DNA of 44,092 nucleotides from Pelomyxa schiedti (taxonomy: Eukaryota > Protista > Evosea), in assembly GCA_020536535.1 (NCBI GenBank), contig JAHLWZ010000133.1:1-44092 (forward strand), in the 5' to 3' direction. Below, one piece after another: positions 35,333 to 44,092 of the stretch. How positions within the stretch are numbered: position 1 is the first letter of the stretch; each line of letters begins with the position of its first letter. The notes beneath the pieces were generated by a model. It was not told the origin of the DNA, made no database searches, and worked only from the letters and a program-made list of their open reading frames with translations. The translations under genes were made by a program, and so were the position numbers.

Positions 35333-35666
35333 TTTTACTTGTTGGATATTCACACTCTTGGAAATTGACAAGGTCCCACAGTAGTGAGCAAAGTGGTTCT
35401 ACAAGCATGGTAATAAAATGACCTTATAATACGGTGACATCCACGAACCCAACTCTAACATTCTGTCTATGGTCCCTTGTGGCTCTTTACGTTTTGTACC
35501 GTAACGTTGGTTCGACGTTGAGACTGTGCCACTGAAACTCCCTTTTCCATGAATCACCGAAAAAAGAAAAGTGTCCGGTCATGAAAAAAGAAATTTTGAT
35601 AACAAAAATCGTTGCAACGAAAAAAAAAAAAAAAAAGAAACATCAACACAAGCAACAACCACAGCG

Positions 35667-36633
35667 ATGCAGCAGTGCAAGTGTGTCGTGGTAATCTACC
35701 ATTTTTGTTGGTTTCTTTTCCCAGTTTTAACCTTCCGTGTCCAGGTTGGCGACGGGGCCGTTGGTACGGTTTTTCCCCTTGTAAACATCGGATACAGCAA
35801 CAACCAACAATATAAACTCAGCCACCACTGAAAACCAAAAACCTCAAAATCACCAACTAACCTTGGGCAGGAAAAACTTGCTTACTTATCACATGGAGTT
35901 CGGGGGCTTTCCCCACGTACGCAGCTTGCCTATGGCTTCCTCTTCTAACAGATTTCGTAGCGGCGAATACGTTCCAACGGTTTTCAATAACTATGCCAAG
36001 AACACGTCAGTTGACGGGTCACCTGTTACTGTTACTTTGTGGGATACAGCCGGTCAAGAAGACGTAAGCGTCCCTTTTTCCTGTTCACCCTTTTTAAGCT
36101 ATAAGAAAGAGAAAAGTAACAAACTAATTTTACTTTTTTCCTAGTATGACCGCATTAGACCTTGCTCATACATGGGTACTGATGTGTTCCTCATATGCTA
36201 CTCTGTTGTCAGCCCGGCCACCTTCTCGAATGTCAGAAACAAATGGTAGGGAAGTTCCATAAGATAGTTCCTCTAACAGAAGGGAAGGGTCCCAGAAGTT
36301 CAACACCACTGCCCCAATGCCCCGTTCCTGCTTATTGGTACAAAAACTGATCTTCGCGCCGATGACCGCACATTAAAGACCCTGCAAACCAAGAGCAAAA
36401 GAGGGCCAATAACCGCAGAGGAAGGCACAGCAGAAGCGGCGCATTTGGGTGCCGTTAAATATATGGAATGCTCTGCTGCCACAAACGATGTTAGTCTTCT
36501 GTTTTCCGTTTCATGCTCACTTATCCGCAACTAGAATGTAGGCAATGTATTTGAGGAGGGAATCCGAGCAATCAACGCTCACAAGAGGAAACCAGTCAAG
36601 AAGACAGGAAAAGGTGGCTGTTCCGTAATGTAA
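35667..36633 (+). CDS. Rac/Rho-family small GTPase
   Basis: Spliced [59 protein letters not shown]..polybasic KRKPVKK..CSVM-stop. Confidence 0.95.
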
Positions 36634-37189
36634 TCAAAAAAACTCCGAGTTTATTTTTTGTGGATTGAGAAGCATAATTCATTGAAATACTACAGTTACG
36701 AGAAGTGATTCAAGACCTCGTGTGTCGTTTGGTTGTCGTGGCGGTGGGTAGTGATAGCACCACCGTGAGCGCCCACCTCATACTATCCCTGACGTCGTAT
36801 TTTTTCGGCGTCTCCGTGTGAGTGCATGAGATGGCGGGGGAAGTTTATTATGTGGTGGCCGACAAACAGTGTCATTGACCACTTGCTGAACTGAAACTCA
36901 CAGAATACGAAATTACGTAGGTATGTGCCCACACTCGACATTGAAAAAGTTCCAGTCACTGTTTCTGTGGAACGTTTGGTCCGGGTTGCTGGGTCCTTCC
37001 ACGGCCGCCGCCACCACCGCCACCACTCCCGCCCCCAACCCCCCAACCCCCCAACCCCCCGGCCAACACACCCCACAACAGACCGCCGCCGCATGCTGCG
37101 CCGCTTCCAGGGCAAGGGTCCGCCCGAGCACCGCCCCTCTCGCCCCGGTCCGTGGCACTGCCCCCATCGCACGCTCCCCCGCCTCCCCC

Positions 37190-40100
37190 ATGTCCCTGGA
37201 CCACACAGCCCCCCCCGACTATCTCCGCGCCTCATCCCCCCCGCCCACATCCACGACTACCACCAGCAGCAGCGGAACAGCCACATCTGCATCGTCATCT
37301 TTGGGCATTGGGGGTGGCGGCACACCAGGGGTTGTGGTATCGCCTCGTAACACCCCACAACCTCAGGATGATGCGTCGGCCGTGGCGGTTGACATTCCAC
37401 CACCACCGCCCGAGCATGTGAGGCCATCACCCCCAAACAAGGAGCTGCCTGCCATACCCCAGAGAGAACCTTCTGGTCATGCCAGGGAACAGCCTCAACC
37501 ACAACAGCAGCCGCAGGGGCCTCTGTCTGTCTCGGATACTGGTGGTGTTGCCTCAGGGCTTCTACTGGCACTCCTCTCAATACTAGTGCTCCCATCCCAG
37601 TTCCACAGGGACCTGAGGGCAGCAGCAGCAGCAGCGGGACTTCGAGCAATCGCTGGTCATTCTCCCCAGAGACAGCTAATAAGCGTGGCATCAGGCGCCT
37701 CCTATCGAGTCTGGCGTCGTCTCAGGTACCTTCTGACGCCACGGCACAGCAAGCCACTGCTGATGCGGATCACCCTTTGCATGACAAGACTGTGCATGCC
37801 GCAATGTATGTTGGATGATTCTAATGTTTAACAGCCCAGTAGTGGTACCCACTCATTTACACAGAAATTTACCTCCCAAGTTGCCACGCATGTCTCCAAC
37901 ATATTCGTGGAAGGCATTTTCGTCAATATGCCAATTCGAGCTGTGATGTTCCAAAGTGGTAAAACGTTAGCCATGGCAGGGCAGCAACCAAGTGTTGAAT
38001 TTGCTACCCATACACATAACCACCAAAGGTTTTTGCTTGGTCCTTTGGGTATGGGGACCAAACTCCTATGGCCAGTATCCCATCAGCAAAATTAACTATA
38101 ACTCTTACGGGTACCTCATTTTCCCTTCTAATAGAAAAATTGATTGGTATTAGGTTTTAGTATTGCTATTGATGGGAAATTTTTACATATGTTGGGTAGC
38201 CTTCAACTTGCCCACCACCAATCCCGTTCTTAAAGAAGCCATACGTTTGATACTGACTCATCCTCCCGAGTTGAGCCCCAAATTACCAGAAAATGTTGAA
38301 GAAAGTGTGCGGTGTGTTCCCTGTGGCATAGATAAAACAGCCAAACTACATCAGGAAGTATCAGTCAATGGCACTGCTGCTGATGGACAGACTTTACTGC
38401 ATGCAGCTTCATATGCCGGAAATCTTGAGCTTATTATGTGGCTATTAAAGCAGGGAACTGAAATTGATCCCAAAGATGAACTGGGATGGACACCACTCAT
38501 GTCAGTCTGCTATTTTTTGTTCACAATCTTAAATGTTCTAAGGTGTGCAGTAAATCAAGGCCATTTCTCTGCAGCGCAGTGTCTGATGGAAAAGGGAGCC
38601 AGCTGCCTGCAAATGAATGTAAGAAAGCAAACAATTTTGCACTTGCTTGCCAAGTCTTACAATTCTGCACACCCAAGTTCACATATGGTATCTTCATTGA
38701 TTAAATATCTCACTTACTTCTCGAAGATCTTGCATTCGTTACTATCGTCCGAAATTGACATAAATGGTAGGTCAGATAGTGGAGATACTGATCTGATGTT
38801 TGCCTGTTCCTCAAATAATGTGCAAATGGACCTCATTACCACTCTTCTGGAGGCTAAAGCTGATCCAAGTAGGTAAGAAAACTTGTCAATAAGACTAACA
38901 GGAAAAAGATATTTCTAATTTTCGTGGTGACACCCCACTTTCCAAAGCAACGGCAAGTAACAACCAAGAGCTGATTGATGCACTTTCACTGTAACTCTCA
39001 TGTCAATATCACATCGACACCTTTTCTAAGCAGTTTCACAGATACAGTGCTGGTCCCTCTCAAACACCACAAGACACAGCCGAGGCACCAACACTCCCTC
39101 AGGTACCAGCAGTTGGACAGCAATAGGTCTCACTCAAGTTGGCCCGTGATATATTTTCCAAGTTTCCAGAAAAGGCTGTTCTTTTTCAAAGCGGGAGGTT
39201 CAAGATACAATATGTGAAGCCCACACATTGATTTCACAGCATCGTTTGCTCGTCAGCCGCGAGTATACGCATGGTCTATATCTGGAACACAGTCTCTAAT
39301 TGCAGAAGTTGGAATATCCCTTAGTTTGACTGGTGCCAACCCCAAACAAAAAAAAAAGAAGTGTAACAATAACTAGGCTTTGATATTCTCCTTACGGGAA
39401 CCCCATACCATAGTGCTCTCAATTGGGTGGCTTTCTTGACTCCCCAAGTTGGAGAGGGGAATACTGAGACCAGTTCCCTTACACAACAGCACTGTTGAAC
39501 AAGTACCTTTCTTGGGGCTTTTTCTTGCATTCTTACCTGGCACAGAAACCTGTCCAATCTGGCTCCTATTCTTATCGTATTATCACCAAAATCTGCAGAA
39601 GCCTCTTCCGTGGTATACAATTGCTCTCAGGTTTCTTCGTCTCTAATTTCCTACAGCATGTACTTGAGCCCAATGACCCTCCACTCGCTATTCACAGAAT
39701 ATTATACTGCCTTTGAAGAACAGGACTCTGACGATAATGTAAGATGGTCTGTTTTAGCAAGCAATTGTGTAAGTGTTTTCCTTCTTCTGCATTTTCTCAC
39801 GGTTATCAGGAGTCCCTCACAACCAAGGATTATACAATTTGGGGTGGGAATATATTCAAGCTTGTTCAATACCTCACCAAAATGGTGTGTACTGTATTTA
39901 TTCTCCTTTTATTAACACGTCGGAGATATGGAATTTGCTCATTCCTTTCTCATTTCACATCCCGCTTTTATTGATGAGCTGAAATTTTTGGATCTTCTCA
40001 CTGTCAGGTACTTTTTGTAAGAAACTGGCTGGACTGTATTAACTCCTACTGAACAAAGATATTTTATTCGAAAACCAGAGCAATTTGATACCAATGTCTT

Positions 40101-41632
40101 CAACATTCATGTCAAAAATATCATCCGACTAAGGTTCCATGCCCCTGTAATTTTTCGTTTCTTAAAAATTCCAAAAGAATTGTTAACATCCTAAAAACTT
40201 GGGTGTCACTCTATTATGAGGATTTTGTGGAGAACCCCACTATGCTCCAAAAGCTTTCAGAGATGTTATTACTATTTTCTAAAACATGCAAAGCTGCATC
40301 ACTTGTTTTAAAAGTTTTGGAGAGGGTATGTCCTGCAAGTTTAGAGGTGTATATGAAGTAACACACTTTCCAGCAAAAAGCTGCACTAGCTGCTCCTGTA
40401 CATTTGGGTGAACCTCCTCCCCCATCTATTTTGCTTGCCAAAGGCGAACCCAAGTCGTTACTCGATTTTCATCCTGAAGAGCTAGCGCAGCAGATGTCAC
40501 TTATAGAATGGAACATTTGGAAGAGATTTCGACCCAAAGGTTTGAAGACTTGGCTTTCATTTTATTTATCACCTCCTAGAGTTTATACGAAATTCATGGA
40601 CGAAATTCCTGGACAAAACCTACCCTCAAGGACAAACTTGCCCCCAACATAACGGCTATGATAAACGAGTCAAATAAGAGAACACTATGGGCAATAGCAG
40701 AAATTCTTCGGCATCCACATGAAAAAGAAAGAGCAATTGCTATACATAGACGGATCTTGACAGCTGAAGTATGGACGACGAAGAAAATCACAACGCTAAC
40801 CAACACTTTAGTAGGTCCCTGAAAATTCGAAACTTCAATGGGCTTATGGAGTTGGTCTCAGCTCTGCAAAATTCAGCCATTCACCGTCTCAAGAGATCCT
40901 GGAGGGTGACTTTACTATTTTTTATTGTCCGTCAGTTAACATTTTACACACCTGTAGCATCTACCTGCCTCAACGTGGGAAATATATGACAAGCACTGCG
41001 CACTCTTTGAAGCGAGGGGAAATTTTCAGATATACCGAGAAGCAATAAAACAAGCAGTTCCTCCGTGTATCCCTTATCTTGGTATCAAAAATAGGAATTC
41101 TGTTGTGTTATCTTATATTTTTCAGGAATGATTCTCACAGATCTCACTTTTGCCAATGACGGGAACCCTGATCTTATTGCAGGAACTCAATTGGTCAACT
41201 TCACCAAATACCGCAATACATCCAATATAGTCAAGTACTCTCAACTAGTTCCATACCCATTCAACCCATTCAGATTCATTTGGGTTTTTAGAGCGGCACC
41301 ACACTGGGCCGAATTTTACGCCAGTGGAAATACTACAGCACGCTCTAGCTAATGGAACCGGGCCAGTCGTTACTGTAGACGAGGCATTTGAAATAAGTAC
41401 GTGTATTGAGCCTCCAATACGTGATAGTGCAGCAACAACAAACTCCACTCCATCAACCACTTACAAATCTGATAAAGTATCAAAGGTAACAAAAGACTGC
41501 GACCTCATCAACCTTAATGTTGCAAACAGGGCACTTTCAATAAAGATGACAACACCGTCACCAAAGTTAAAAAAAACGCCTATGCCGAACTCACGAAATC
41601 CTAGCGGCCTGTACAATACAAGTAATGTGTAA
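37190..41632 (+). CDS. Ankyrin-repeat RasGEF (REM + CDC25 domains); both ends approximate
   Basis: Pro/Ser-rich N-terminus; ANK (GQTLLHAASYAGNLE, GWTPLMS, GDTDLMFAC); REM (LNILKTWVSLYYEDF); CDC25 (LLDFHPEELAQQMSLIE, NFNGLMELVSALQNSAIHRLKRSW, PCIPYLGMILTDLTFANDGNPD..NFTK). Confidence 0.9.
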
Positions 41633-41771
41633 ATTTAATCACCCCCACATCCACACCACTTTTTTTGAACAGGATGCACTATGTAACAAACCCATTGCTG
41701 AATTAATCAGTTCGTACTGACCAAAAACTTTCCCCAGACCAACCTGTCTCTGCCAAACAAACAATTAACCA

Positions 41772-43178
41772 ATGTGTAGCAACAAGGATGGGCATGTGGA
41801 GTTAACAGATATCTCTGTTGTTGGTGAACAAGAAGGTAGTAATGAGAACTCTCAGTGGCCAGAAGGTTCATTGGTTCCGTGTGAATTTTGGAACAAGTGC
41901 TGTGTAGTGTTCAATGGGCTACCAAAGAAAGGTACTTGGGTTGTTTTTCTTCATATTTTGAGGTTATCACAGCCAGAGTGGAAGATGTCAATTTGGTGTC
42001 GATTGCCGACGCGAAGGCAAAATGGAGAGCTACCTACAAGGGGGCCACTCTCTTTAAGTGCGACTGTATTCTCAGTATGCTGGAGCTGAAAAATAATGGG
42101 ATGATGTCAGTGAAGAGTTTCGTTTTGGGTTGTTACTTGCTATCCAAGTGTGGTATGCCAGAACACTGCACTGTTCAGCAGTACAGAGATAGGTACAATT
42201 TCTTGTTTCTTGTGTCATTTCCAAACTCAGCTCTCTTCGTAGTGGCTTCAAAGGCTCTGATACCCTTTATTGGCTTTGCTCTAATGAACAAGATAGACAT
42301 TCTATGTTGCGTTGTTTTGGCATTTTGCTTGTTGTGAACCTTTTCCTCTCGGTATAGTAAACAATACAGTACATTTTATTCCGTTGTGCTCATACTCTCA
42401 GATTGCCAGCATATCATACTGGGCTACCTCTGTTTTGGGGATATTAACATTAGGTAATGCAATTTTCTTGCATTTGCTGTGGCACAGGGTTTTGTTTATA
42501 TGGAGCAATGAACATCTTTCAGGTTGCATACTATTCCAATGACTGGATTTGTTTAATAGTTGGGAAATTAGGCAGTACTCTTGGCGTTGCCATTTTTGGA
42601 TGTGCCTGCTTAATTGGTGGTTTCGTAGGTGACATTTTGATGGGAGCTCAAACTATGTTTTGGTACCTCTACTTGGGTGGATTTGGGCTCCTCCAAGTGG
42701 TCTATGCAGTGCTCAGCACAATATTCCTTGCAAATATATGTTGTTTATTGCACAAAATGTCATTGAAACTCTCTGTTCCTGTTCCGGAGGTTAAATACCC
42801 ATTGCCATAGATATATAAAGTGGGGTTGGTTGTGAAATAATAAGAAATAATCACTGACACGAACGAAAATAGTATTCAGTATGCACCTCGCTTCTTGTAG
42901 CCGGCATTGTCTTCGTCAGTGCAGAGATTCCTGCGTTCATGTGTGCGCTCATTTTTGGTATCTGGTTTGGGGCCAACGAGCTGGTGCTCATGTTTTGCAC
43001 TGTGGCTACTTTGGGGATGTTACCAGTTATACTTTTTGTATCAATGGCGTGCAAGAGATACCCATCACAGGCAACAATTCCTGGCATCACTGTTTCTTCC
43101 CTGTTGGTTGTGCTGGCAGTCATGTTAATTGTATTGCAGTGGACAGGTCATCTTGTTCCTTATGATAGTGCAATGTGA
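41772..43178 (+). CDS. Hypothetical multi-pass membrane protein
   Basis: Many consecutive hydrophobic segments in ORFs 41888-42337, 42457-42810 and 42939-43178; no family recognised. Confidence 0.6.
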
Positions 43179-43199
43179 CTCAATTTATTGTAAACATTA

Positions 43200-44092
43200 T
43201 TTACTGCTGGCGAAATGGAATGTTGTTAACAGCGTCGCTATGGAGTGAGGAATTGGGTGTAACCGAGTATGCGAGGTGACTTCGTGTCGCTGTGGTGCTA
43301 ATCACTGATGACTCTCTGGGAAAACGGTTCCATCAGTTGGTACCCTTCGGGAGATTTAGGCAACACCTAGAACTGAGTGTAGTGCCTTCGTAGGAGCAAC
43401 ACCATTGCATTTACCCATGCAATAAGTAAAGAAAGAAAACTATCAACTCTTGTGTTTGCATTTAAGCTTCAAAAATACAACTGTCAATACTCCAGCACCT
43501 CAGTGTGGTGGTCACTATCCCCACCCAATCTAACTTGGCACACTGAACCCTGCAACAAGTAGTGCCCCACAAGTTTTGCAGGGAGGTACTGGTCAACACT
43601 GCCCTCTGCACCAAACACAAAAAACAAGAAGTAAAAGGGGCAACCACCGAAACAGACACCGCGGTGTCTGTTTCGGTGGAGAAGGAGATGGGTAGGGTGA
43701 GTGAATTGGGTGTGAGGGTAGGGTAAGGATGGTGATCATCATTACCACACAACATAAATAGATGTGCATATGGGCACATTGCCAGAAGAGATAGGCACTG
43801 GTTGAGGTATTCATACTCATTTTTTGAAATTTTTTTGAAACTTGCTGAGTTGGATCTTAGCACCTCTGCGTCGGCAGCCACTGGACCTACGGTTATGCAA
43901 CGTGTCTTAAAAGGCTCTCAGAAATAAGAAATACCAAGAACGAAATGCTGAGCAAAAGCGATGCTAATGCAAATTGTTTTGGTTACGGCCATATTAGTTG
44001 GTAAACTCCACTTCCCGTCCGATCAGTGAAGATAAACCAACTGAAGCACTGCTAGTACTAGGGTAAGGGATTACCTGGGAGCGCTGTGTGCT
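43200..44092 (-). CDS. 3' portion of a hypothetical gene running off the window end
   Basis: GT donor near 44074 and ORF 43462-43881 with intron-like breaks; exon structure unresolved. Confidence 0.35.

Noticed and set aside
36660-36920. Possible ncRNA or small gene between Rac and the RasGEF
   Set aside because: No tRNA cloverleaf, no convincing C/D boxes and no consistent spliced ORF found by eye. An Infernal scan would be needed.
1-44092. Alternative genetic code or stop read-through to explain the fragmented ORFs
   Set aside because: Where I traced conserved domains, the stops fell inside short introns and the frame was restored under the standard code.
1-44092. CRISPR array, transposon or viral insertion
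   Set aside because: No repeat-spacer array, transposase, integrase or viral hallmark gene is evident. The repeats are coding low-complexity tracts or assembly duplications.

Overview
Gene-dense eukaryotic genomic DNA with about 22 protein-coding genes and many short (~40-70 nt) spliceosomal introns. There is no prokaryotic operon structure, and I see no CRISPR array, rRNA, tRNA or transposon. The intron size, low-complexity Pro/Thr/Ser tracts and small-GTPase-rich gene content fit an amoebozoan protist, possibly an archamoeba such as Pelomyxa (inference only). Recognisable genes: a WD40-Sec7-PH protein lacking the Sec7 catalytic Glu; a Rab1-like GTPase fused to a Sec23-type Zn-finger/VWA module; a DUF1152-NMNAT-like fusion; PPT1; a secreted clan GH-A glycosidase; NOL9/Grc3; an OB-fold protein; an ankyrin-F-box-Rab-CaaX protein; a DENN-LIM protein; a GlfB-like protein; a Tgl2-like lipase; a PHO80/U-type cyclin; ICMT; a Rac GTPase; an ankyrin-RasGEF; and several hypotheticals. 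The scaffold also looks locally mis-assembled. Three short exact duplications (1-66 = 34810-34875; 1290-1366 = 26736-26812; 25792-25911 = reverse complement of 26516-26635) sit at the window start, at a poly-T run and at the 100-N gap, and the latter two split two genes. All gene models were spliced by eye and all family calls are from motif recognition, not database searches. Coordinates are gene spans including introns; ends marked approximate may be off.
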